Program-made: the position numbers and the translations under genes | From: Lingula anatina | Lineage: Eukaryota > Animalia > Brachiopoda | Length of the DNA: 64,000 nt | Assembly (NCBI GenBank): GCA_051362555.1 | Contig: JBPQGU010000016.1 | Location: 5,146,001-5,210,000 of the forward strand | Direction of reading: 5' to 3' | The notes under the pieces: model-generated | Database searches by the model: none | The model's input: only the letters and a program-made list of their open reading frames with translations | Told to the model about the DNA's origin: nothing | Part shown: positions 1-12,300 of the stretch, one piece after another | How the letters are laid out: each line of letters opens with the position of its first letter | Numbering within the stretch: the first letter of the stretch is position 1

Positions 1-355
1 GCAATGATCAAAATCACTCAAAATCACCAAAAATCAACCCGTCTCAGATTTTTCCAAAAAGTGACGAAAATCAATCTACCACACCTGTCATTCATAAAAA
101 ATGTGGAAACGCGCCCGGGTCACTTCATCAAGGCCCCCAATTCTAGCTTTAAAGATGATCCAAAAATGAGCTCTGAGAACAGAATCTGAGAGGGGGGGGG
201 GGAGACACAGTTTTTGCTCTATTTCTTCCTTAATGATGACACCACCACTCTTCCAGCACTTTATTCTTACTACAAATGACCGAACACACCTACCTGACAC
301 TATAACTAAGAAAAAAATTTTTCATCCCTACCTGGCCAAAATTGAAGAAATCTCA

Positions 356-369
356 CAGTGCCGGCACTG
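356..369. repeat. Perfect 14-bp palindrome CAGTGCCGGCACTG, one per A monomer (first full copy shown)
   Basis: The sequence equals its own reverse complement and is present in most A monomers. Confidence 0.9.
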
Positions 370-3300
370 ATCAAAATCACTCAAAATCACCAAAAATCGA
401 TCCGTCTCAGATTTTTCCAAAAAGTGACGAAAATCAATCTACCACACCTTTCATTCATAAAAAATGTGGAAACGCGCCCGGGTCACTTCATCTAGGCCCC
501 CAATTCTAGCTTTAAAGATGATCCAAAAATGAGCTCTGAGAACAGAATCTGAGGGGGGGGGGGGGGGGGAGACACAGTTTTTGCTCTATTTCTTCCTTAA
601 TGATGACACCACCACTCTTCCAGCACTTTATTCTTACTACAAATGACCGAACACACCTACCTGACACTATAACGAAGAAAAAAATTTTTCATCCCTACCT
701 GGCCAAAATTGAAGAAATCTTACAGTGCCGGCACTGATCAAAATCACTCAAAATCACCAAAAATCGACCCGTCTCAGATTTTTCCAAAAAGTGACGAAAA
801 TCAATCTACCACACCTTTCATTCATAAAAAATGTGGAAACGCGCCCGGGTCACTTCATCAAGGCCCCCAATTCTAGCTTTAAAGATGATCCAAAAATGAG
901 CTCTGAGAACAGAATCTGAGAGGGGGGGGGGGGAGACACAGTTTTTGCTCTATTTCTTCCTTAATGATGACACCACCACTCTTCCAGCACTTTATTCTTA
1001 CTACAAATGACCGAACACACCTACCTGACACTATAACGAAGAAAAAAATTTTTCATCCCTACCTGGCCAAAATTGAAGAAATCTCACAGTGCCGGCACTG
1101 ATCAAAATCACTCAAAATCACCAAAAATCGACCCGTCTCAGATTTTTCCAAAAAGTCACGAAAATCAATCTACCACACCTGTCATTCATAAAAAATGTGG
1201 AAACGCGCCCGGGTCACTTCATCAAGGCCCCCAATTCTAGCTTTAAAGATGATCCAAAAATGAGCTCTGAGAACAGAATCTGAGAGGGGGGGGGGAGACA
1301 CAGTTTTTGCTCTATTTCTTCCTTAATGATGACACCACCACTCTTCCAGCACTTTATTCTTACTACAAATGACCGAACACACCTACCTGACACTATAACG
1401 AAGAAAAAAATTTTTCATCCCTACCTGGCCAAAATTGAAGAAATCTCACAGTGCCGGCACTGATCAAAATCACTCAAAATCACCAAAAATCGACCCGTCT
1501 CAGATTTTTCCAAAAAGTGACGAAAATCAATCTACCACACCTGTCATTCATAAAAAATGTGGAAACGCGCCCGGGTCACTTCATCAAGGCCCAATTCTAG
1601 CTTTAAAGATGATCCAAAAATGAGCTCTGAGAACAGAATCTGAGAGGGGGGGGGGAGACACAGTTTTTGCTCTATTTCTTCCTTAATGATGACACCACCA
1701 CTCTTCCAGCACTTTATTCTTACTACAAATGACCGAACACACCTACCTGACACTATAACGAAGAAAAAAATTTTTCATCCCTACCTGGCCAAAATTGAAG
1801 AAATCTCACAGTGCCGGCACTGATCAAAATCACTCAAAATCACCAAAAATCAACCCGTCTCAGATTTTTCCAAAAAGTGACGAAAATCAATCTACCACAC
1901 CTGTCATTCATAAAAAATGTGGAAACGCGCCCGGGTCACTTCATCAAGGCCCCCAATTCTAGCTTTAAAGATGATCCAAAAATGAGCTCTGAGAACAGAA
2001 TCTGAGAGGGGGGGGGGAGACACAGTTTTTGCTCTATTTCTTCCTTAATGATGACACCACCACTCTTCCAGCACTTTATTCTTACTACAAATGACCGAAC
2101 ACACCTACCTGACACTATAACTAAGAAAAAAATTTTTCATCCCTACCTGGCCAAAATTGAAGAAATCTCACAGTGCCGGCACTGATCAAAATCACTCAAA
2201 ATCACCAAAAATCGATCCGTCTCAGATTTTTCCAAAAAGTGACGAAAATCAATCTACCACACCTTTCATTCATAAAAAATGTGGAAACGCGCCCGGGTCA
2301 CTTCATCTAGGCCCCCAATTCTAGCTTTAAAGATGATCCAAAAATGAGCTCTGAGAACAGAATCTGAGAGGGGGGGGGGGGGAGACACAGTTTTTGCTCT
2401 ATTTCTTCCTTAATGATGACACCACCACTCTTCCAGCACTTTATTCTTACTACAAATGACCGAACACACCTACCTGACACTATAACGAAGAAAAAAATTT
2501 TTCATCCCTACCTGGCCAAAATTGAAGAAATCTTACAGTGCCGGCACTGATCAAAATCACTCAAAATCACCAAAAATCGACCCGTCTCAGATTTTTCCAA
2601 AAAGTGACGAAAATCAATCTACCACACCTGTCATTCATAAAAAATGTGGAAACGCGCCCGGGTCACTTCATCAAGGCCCCCAATTCTAGCTTTAAAGATG
2701 ATCCAAAAATGAGCTCTGAGAACAGAATCTGAGAGGGGGGGGGGGAGACAAAGTTTTTGCTCTATTTCTTCCTTAATGATAACACCACCACTCTTCCAGC
2801 ACTTTATTCTTACTACAAATGACCGAACACACCTACCTGACACTATAACGAAGAAAAAAATTTTTCATCCCTACCTGGCCAAAATTGAAGAAATCTCACA
2901 GTGCCGGCACTGATCAAAATCACTCAAAATCACCAAAAATCGACCCGTCTCAGATTTTTCCAAAAAGTGACGAAAATCAATCTACCACACCTGTCATTCA
3001 TAAAAAATGTGGAAACGCGCCCGGGTCACTTCATCAAGGCCCAATTCTAGCTTTAAAGATGATCCAAAAATGAGCTCTGAGAACAGAATCTGAGAGGGGG
3101 GGGGGAGACACAGTTTTTGCTCTATTTCTTCCTTAATGATGACACCACCACTCTTCCAGCACTTTATTCTTACTACAAATGACCGAACACACCTACCTGA
3201 CACTATAACGAAGAAAAAAATTTTTCATCCCTACCTGGCCAAAATTGAAGAAATCTCACAGTGCCGGCACTGATCAAAATCACTCAAAATCACCAAAAAT

Positions 3301-6300
3301 CAACCCGTCTCAGATTTTTCCAAAAAGTCACGAAAATCAATCTACCACACCTGTCATTCATAAAAAATGTGGAAACGCGCCCGGGTCACTTCATCAAGGC
3401 CCCCAATTCTAGCTTTAAAGATGATCCAAAAATGAGCTCTGAGAACAGAATCTGAGAGGGGGGGGGGAGACACAGTTTTTGCTCTATTTCTTCCTTAATG
3501 ATGACACCACCACTCTTCCAGCACTTTATTCTTACTACAAATGACCGAACACACCTACCTGACACTATAACTAAGAAAAAAAATTTTTCATCCCTACCTG
3601 GCCAAAATTGAAGAAATCTCACAGTGCCGGCACTGATCAAAATCACTCAAAATCACCAAAAATCGACCCGTCTCAGATTTTTCCAAAAAGTGACGAAAAT
3701 CAATCTACCACACCTTTCATTCATAAAAAATGTGGAAACGCGCCCGGGTCACTTCATCTAGGCCCCCAATTCTAGCTTTAAAGATGATTCAAAAATGAGC
3801 TCTGAAAACAGAATCTGAGAGGGGGGGGGGGGGAGACACAGTTTTTGCTCTATTTCTTCCTTAATGATGACACCACCACTCTTCCAGCACTTTATTCTTA
3901 CTACAAATGACCGAACACACCTACCTGACACTATAACGAAGAAAAAAATTTTTCATCCCTACCTGGCCAAAATTGAAGAAATCTTACAGTGCCGGCACTG
4001 ATCAAAATCACTCAAAATCACCAAAAATCGACCCGTCTCAGATTTTTCCAAAAAGTGACGAAAATCAATCTACCATACCTGTCATTCATAAAAAATGTGG
4101 AAACGCGCCCGGGTCACTTCATCAAGGCCCCCAATTCTAGCTTTAAAGATGATCCAAAAATGAGCTCTGAGAACAGAATCTGAGAGGGGGGGGGGAGACA
4201 CAGTTTTTGCTCTATTTCTTCCTTAATGATGACACCAACACTCTTCCAGCACTTTATTCTTACTACAAATGACCGAACACACCTACCTGACACTATAACG
4301 AAGAAAAAAATTTTTCATCCCTACCTGGCCAAAATTGAAGAAATCTCACAGTGCCGACACTGATCAAAATCACTCAAAATCACCAAAAATCGACCCGTCT
4401 CAGATTTTTCCAAAAAGTGACGAAAATCAATCTACCACACCTGTCATTCATAAAAAATGTGGAAACGCGCCCGGGTCACTTCATCAAGGCCCCCAATTCT
4501 AGCTTTAAAGATGATCCAAAAATGAGCTCTGAGAACAGAATCTGAGAGGGGGGGGAGACACAGTTTTTGCTCTATTTCTTCCTTAATGATGACACCACCA
4601 CTCTTCCAGCACTTTATTCTTACTACAAATGACCGAACACACCTACCTGACACTATAACGAAGAAAAAAATTTTTCATCCCTACCTGGCCAAAATTGAAG
4701 AAATCTCACAGTGCCGGCACTGATCAAAATCACTCAAAATCACCAAAAATCGACCCATCTTAGATTTTTCCAAAAAGTGACGAAAATCAATCTACCACAC
4801 CTGTCATTCATAAAAAATGTGGAAACGCGCCCGGGTCACTTCATCAAGGCCCCCAATTCTAGCTTTAAAGATGATCCAAAAATGAGCTTTGATAACAGAA
4901 TCTGAGAGGGGGGGGGAGACACAGTTTTTGCTCTTTTTCTTCCTTAATGATGACACCACCACTCTTCCAGCACTTTATTCTTACTACAAATGACCGAACA
5001 CACCTACCTGACACTATAACGAAGAAAAAAATTTTTCATCCCTACCTGGCCAAAATTGAAGAAATCTCACAGTGCCGACACTGATCAAAATCACTCAAAA
5101 TCACCAAAAATCGACCCGTCTCAGATTTTTCCAAAAAGTGACGAAAATCAATCTACCACACCTGTCATTCATAAAAAATGTGGAAACGCGCCCGGGTCAC
5201 TTCATCAAGGCCCCCAATTCTAGCTTTAAAGATGATCCAAAAATGAGCTCTGAGAACAGAATCCGAGAGGGGGGGGGGGAGACACAGTTTTTGCTCTATT
5301 TCTTCCTTAATGATGACACCACCACTCTTCCAGCACTTTATTCTTACTACAAATGACCGAACACACCTACCTGACACTATAACGAAGAAAAAAATTTTTC
5401 ATCCCTACCTGGCCAAAATTGAAGAAATCTCACAGTGCCGGCACTGATCAAAATCACTCAAAATCACCAAAAATCGACCCATCTTAGATTTTTCCAAAAA
5501 GTGACGAAAATCAATCTACCACACCTGTCATTCATAAAAAATGTGGAAACGCGCCCGGGTCACTTAATCAAGGCCCCCAATTCTAGCTTTAAAGATGATC
5601 CAAAAATGAGCTTTGATAACAGAATCTGAGAGGGGGGGGGGAGACACAGTTTTTGCTCTTTTTCTTCCTTAATGATGACACCACCACTCTTCCAGCACTT
5701 TATTCTTACTACAAATGACCGAACACACCTACATGACACTATAACGAAGAAAAAAATTTTTCATCCCTACCTGGCCAAAATTGAAGAAATCTCACAGTGC
5801 CGGCACTGATCAAAATCACTCAAAATCACCAAAAATCGACCCGTCTCAGATTTTTCCAAAAAGTGACGAAAATCAATCTACCACACCTGTCATTCATAAA
5901 AAATGTGGAAACGCGCCCGGGTCACTTCATCAAGGCCCCCAATTCTAGCTTTAAAGATGATCCAAAAATGAGCTCTGAGAACAGAATCTGAGAGGGGGGG
6001 TGGAGACACAGTTTTTGCTCTATTTCTTCCTTAATGATGACACCACCACTCTTCCAGCACTTTATTCTTACTACAAATGACCGAACACACCTACCTGACA
6101 CTATAACGAAGAAAAAAATTTTTCATCCCTACCTGGCCAAAATTGAAGAAATCTCACAGTGCCGGCACTGATCAAAATCACTCAAAATCACCAAAAATCG
6201 ACCCGTCTCAGATTTTTCCAAAAAGTGACGAAAATCAATCTACCACACCTGTCATTCATAAAAAATGTGGAAACGCGCCCGGGTCACTTCATCAAGGCCC

Positions 6301-9300
6301 CCAATTCTAGCTTTAAAGATGATCCAAAAATGAGCTCTGAGAACAGAATCTGAGAGGGGGGGGGAGACACAGTTTTTGCTCTATTTCTTCCTTAATGATG
6401 ACACCACCACTCTTCCAGCACTTTATTCTTACTACAAATGACCGAACACACCTACCTGACACTATAACGAAGAAAAAAATTTTTCATCCCTACCTGGCCA
6501 AAATTGAAGAAATCTCACAGTGCCGGCACTGATCAAAATCACTCAAAATCACCAAAAATCGACCCGTCTCAGATTTTTCCAAAAAGTGACGAAAATCAAT
6601 CTACCACACCTGTCATTCATAAAAAATGTGGAAACGCGCCCGGGTCACTTCATCAAGGCCCCCAATTCTAGCTTTAAAGATGATCCAAAAATGAGCTCTG
6701 AGAACAGAATCTGAGAGGGGGGGGGGGGGGGAGACACAGTTTTTGCTCTATTTCTTCCTTAATGATGACACCACCACTCTTCCAGCACTTTATTCTTACT
6801 ACAAATGACCGAACACACCTACCTGACACTATAACGAAGAAAAAAATTTTTCATCCCTACCTGGCCAAAATTGAAGAAATCTCACAGTGCCGGCACTGAT
6901 CAAAATCACTCAAAATCACCAAAAATCGACCCGTCTCAGATTTTTCCAAAAAGTGACGAAAATCAATCTACCACACCTGTCATTCATAAAAAATGTGGAA
7001 ACGCGCCCGGGTCACTTCATCAAGGCCCCCAATTCTAGCTTTAAAGATGATCCAAAAATGAGCTCTGAGAACAGAATCTGAGAGGGGGGGGGAGACAGTT
7101 TTTGCTCTATTTCTTCCTTAATGATGACACCACCACTCTTCCAGCACTGTATTCTTACTACAAATGACCGAACACACCTACCTGACACTATAACGAAGAA
7201 AAAAATTTTTCATCCCTACCTGGCCAAAATTGAAGAAATCTCACAGTGCACTGATCAAAATCACTCAAAATCACCAAAAATCGACCCGTCTCAGATTTTT
7301 CCAAAAAGTGATGAAAATCAATCTACCACACCTGTCATTCATAAAAAATGTGGAAACGCGCCCGGGTCACTTCATCAAGGCCCCCAATTCTAGCTTTAAA
7401 GATGATCCAAAAATGAGCTCTGAGAACAGAATCTGAGAGGGGGGGGGGAGACACAGTTTTTGCTTTATTTCTTCCTTAATGATGACACCACCACTCTTCC
7501 AGCACTTTATTCTTACTACAAATGACTGAACACACCTACCTGACACTATAACGAAGAAAAAAATTTTTCATCCCTACCTGGCCAAAATTGAAGAAATCTC
7601 ACACTGCCGGCACTGATCAAAATCACTCAAAATCACCAAAAATCGACCCGTCTCAGATTTTTCCAAAAAGTGACGAAAATCAATCTACCACACCTGTCAT
7701 TCATAAAAAATGTGGAAACGCGCCCGGGTCACTTCATCAAGGCCCCCAATTCTAGCTTTAAAGATGATCCAAAAATGAGCTCTGAGAACAGAATCTGAGA
7801 GGGGGGGGGGGAGACACAGTTTTTGCTCTATTTCTTCATTAATGATGACACCACCACTCTTCCAGCACTTTATTCTTACTACAAATGACCGAACACACCT
7901 ACCTGACACTATAACGAAGAAAAAAATTTTTCATCCCTACCTGGCCAAAATTGAAGAAATCTCACAGTGCCGGCACTGATCAAAATCACTCAAAATCACC
8001 AAAAATCGACCCGTCTCAGATTTTTCCAAAAAGTGACGAAAATCAATCTACCACACCTGTCATTCATAAAAAATGTGGAAACGCGCCCGGGTCACTTCAT
8101 CAAGGCCCCCAATTCTAGCTTTAAAGATGATCCAAAAATGAGCTCTGAGAACAGAATCTGAGAGGGGGGGGGGAGACACAGTTTTTGCTCTATTTCTTCC
8201 TTAATGATGACACCACCACTCTTCCAGCACTTTATTCTTACTACAAATGACCGAACACACCTACCTGACACTATAATGAAGAAAAAAATTTTTCATCCCT
8301 ACCTGGCCAAAATTGAAGAAATCTCACAGTGCCAGCACTGATCAAAATCAATCAAAATCACCAAAAATCGACCCGTCTCAGATTTTTACAAAAAGTGACG
8401 AAAATCAATCTACCACACCTGTCATTCATAAAAAATGTGGAAACGCGCCCGGGTCACTTCATCAAGGCCCCCAATTCTAGCTTTAAAGATGATCCAAAAA
8501 TGAGCTCTGAGAACAGAATCTGAGAGGGGGGGGGGGGAGACACAGTTTTTGCTCTATTTCTTCCTTAATGATGACACCACCACTCTTCCAGCACTTTATT
8601 CTTACTACAAATGACCGAACACACCTACCTGACACTATAACGAAGAAAAAAATTTTTCATCCCTACCTGGCCAAAATTGAAGAAATCTCACAGTGCCGGC
8701 ACTGATCAAAATCACTCAAAATCACCAAAAATTGACCCGTCTCAGATTTTTCCAAAAAGTGACGAAAATGAATCTACCACACCTGTCATTCATAAAAAAT
8801 GTGGAAACGCGCCCGGGTCACTTCATCAAGGCCCCCTATTCTAGCTTTAAAGATGATCCAAAAATGAGCTCTGAGAACAGAATCTGAGAGGGGGGGGGGG
8901 AGACACAGTTTTTGCTCTATTTCTTCCTTAATGATGACACCACCACTCTTCCAGCACTTTATTCTTACTACAAATGACCGAACACACCTACCTGACACTA
9001 TAACGAAGAAAAAAATTTTTCATCCCTACCTGGCCAAAATTGAAGAAATATCACAGTGCCGGCACTGATCAAATTCACTCAAAATCACCAAAAATCGACC
9101 CGTCTCAGATTTTTCCAAAAAGTGACGAAAATCAATCTACCACACCTGTCATTCATAAAAAATGTGGAAACGCGCCCGGGTCACTTCATCAAGGTCCCCA
9201 ATTCTAGCTTTAAAGATGATCCAAAAATGAGCTCTGAGAACAGAATCTGAGAGGGGGGGGGGGGGGGAGACACAGTTTTTGCTCTATTTCTTCCTTAATG

Positions 9301-12300
9301 ATGACACCACCACTCTTCCAGCACTTTATTCTTACTACAAATGACCGAACACACCTACCTGACACTATAACGAAGAAAAAAATTTTTCATCCCTACCTGG
9401 CCAAAATTGAAGAAATCTCACAGTGCCGGCACTGATCAAAATCACTCAAAATCACCAAAAATCGACCCGTCTCAGATTTTTCCAAAAAGTGACGAAAATC
9501 AATCTACCACACCTGTCATTCATAAAAAATGTGGAAACGCGCCCGGGTCACTTCATCAAGGCCCCCAATTCTAGCTTTAAAGATGATCCAAAAATGAGCT
9601 CTGAGAACAGAATCTGAGAGGGGGGGGGGGAGACACAGTTTTTGCTCTATTTCTTCCTTAATGATGACACCACCACTCTTCCAGCACTTTATTCTTACTA
9701 CAAATGACCGAACACACCTACCTGACACTATAACGAAGAAAAAAATTTTTCATCCCTACCTGGCCAAAATTGAAGAAATCTCACAGTGCCGGCACTGATC
9801 AAAATCACTCAAAATCACCAAAAATCGACCCGTCTCAGATTTTTCCAAAAAGTGACGAAAATCAATCTACCACACCTGTCATTCATAAAAAATGTGGAAA
9901 CGCGCCCGGGTCACTTCATCAAGGCCCCCAATTCTAGCTTTAAAGATGATCCAAAAATGAGCTCTGAGAACAGAATCTGAGAGGGGGGGGGAGACACAGT
10001 TTTTGCTCTATTTCTTCCTTAATGATGACACCACCACTCTTCCAGCACTTTATTCTTACTACAAATGACCGAACACACCTACCTGACACTATAACGAAGA
10101 AAAAAATTTTTCATCCCTACCTGGCCAAAATTGAAGAAATCTCACAGTGCCGGCACTGATCAAAATCACTCAAAATCACCAAAAATCGACCCGTCTCAGA
10201 TTTTTCCAAAAAGTGACGAAAATCAATCTACCACACCTGTCATTCATAAAAAATGTGGAAACGCGCCCGGGTCACTTCATCAAGGCCCCCTATTCTAGCT
10301 TTAAAGATGATCCAAAAATGAGCTCTGAGAACAGAATCTGAGAGGGGGGGGGAGACACAGTTTTTGCTCTATTTCTTCCTTAATGATGACACCACCACTC
10401 TTCCAGCACTTTATTCTTACTACAAATGACCGAACACACCTACCTGACACTATAACGAAGAAAAAAATTTTTCATCCCTACCTGGCCAAAATTGAAGAAA
10501 TATCACAGTGCCGGCACTGATCAAAATCACTCAAAATCACCAAAAATCGACCCGTCTCAGATTTTTCCAAAAAGTGACGAAAATCAATCTACCACACCTG
10601 TCATTCATAAAAAATGTGGAAACGCGCCCGGGTCACTTCATCAAGGTCCCCAATTCTAGCTTTAAAGATGATCCAAAAATGAGCTCTGAGAACAGAATCT
10701 GAGAGGGGGGGGGGAGACACAGTTTATGCTCTATTTCTTCCTTAATGATGACACCACCACTCTTCCAGCACTTTATTCTTACTACAAATGACCGAACACA
10801 CCTACCTGACACTATAACGAAGAAAAAAATTTTTCATCCCTACCTGGCCAAAATTGAAGAAATCTCACAGTGCCGGCACTGATCAAAATCACTCAAAATC
10901 ACCAAAAATCGACCCGTCTCAGATTTTTCCAAAAAGTGACGAAAATCAATCTACCACACCTTTCATTCATAAAAAATGTGGAAACGCGCCCGGGTCACTT
11001 CATCTAGGCCCCCAATTCTAGCTTTAAAGATGAACCAAAAATGAGCTCTGAAAACAGAATCTGAGAGGGGGGGGGGGGGAGACACAGTTTTTGCTCTATT
11101 TCTTCCTTAATGATGACACCACCACTCTTCCAGCACTTTATTCTTACTACAAATGACCGAACACACCTACCTGACACTATAACGAAGAAAAAAATTTTTC
11201 ATCCCTACCTGGCCAAAATTGAAGAAATCTTACAGTGCCGGCACTGATCAAAATCACTCAAAATCACCAAAAATCGACCCGTCTCAGATTTTTCCAAAAA
11301 GTGACGAAAATCAATCTACCATACCTGTCATTCATAAAAAATGTGGAAACGCGCCCGGGTCACTTCATCAAGGCCCCCAATTCTAGCTTTAAAGATGATC
11401 CAAAAATGAGCTCTGAGAACAGAATCTGAGAGGGGGGGGGAGACACAGTTTTTGCTCTATTTCTTCCTTAATGATGACACCACCACTCTTCCAGCACTTT
11501 ATTCTTACTACAAATGACCGAACACACCTACCTGACACTATAACGAAGAAAAAAATTTTTCATCCCTACCTGGCCAAAATTGAAGAAATCTCACAGTGCC
11601 GGCACTGATCAAAATCACTCAAAATCACCAAAAATCGACCCGTCTCAGATTTTTCCAAAAAGTGACGAAAATCAATCTACCACACCTGTCATTCATAAAA
11701 AATGTGGAAACGCACCCGGGTCACTTCATCAAGGCCCCCAATTCTAGCTTTAAAGATGATCCAAAAATGAGCTCTGAGAACAGAATCTGAGAGGGGGGGG
11801 GAGACACAGTTTTTGCTCTATTTCTTCCTTAATGATGACACCACCACTCTTCCAGCACTTTATTCTTACTACAAATGACCGAACACACCTACCTGACACT
11901 ATAACGAAGAAAAAAATTTTTCATCCCTACCTGGCCAAAATTGAAGAAATCTCACAGTGCCGGCACTGATCAAAATCACTCAAAATCACCAAAAATTGAC
12001 CCATCTTAGATTTTTCAAAAAAGTGACGAAAATCAATCTACCACACCTGTCATTCATAAAAAATGTGGAAACGCGCCCGGGTCACTTCATCAAGGCCCCC
12101 AATTCTAGCTTTAAAGATGATCCAAAAATGAGCTTTGATAACAGAATCTGAGAGGGGGGGGGAGACACAGTTTTTGCTCTATTTCTTCCTTAATGATGAC
12201 ACCACCACTCTTCCAGCACTTTATTCTTACTACAAATGACCGAACACACCTACCTGACACTATAACGAAGAAAAAAAATTTTCATCCCTACCTGGCCAAA

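Noticed and set aside
98-120. CENP-B-box-like motif (TGTGGAAACGCGCCCGGG)
   Set aside because: It matches only TGGAAACG and lacks the essential TTCG and correctly spaced CGGG. The CG is also changed in B (AAACACG).
61-320. Monomer as an ancient dimer of ~181-bp subunits (CTACCACACCTGTCA versus CACACCTACCTGACA)
   Set aside because: The similarity is short and offset by ~209 bp rather than 181 bp. It cannot be supported without a self dot-plot.
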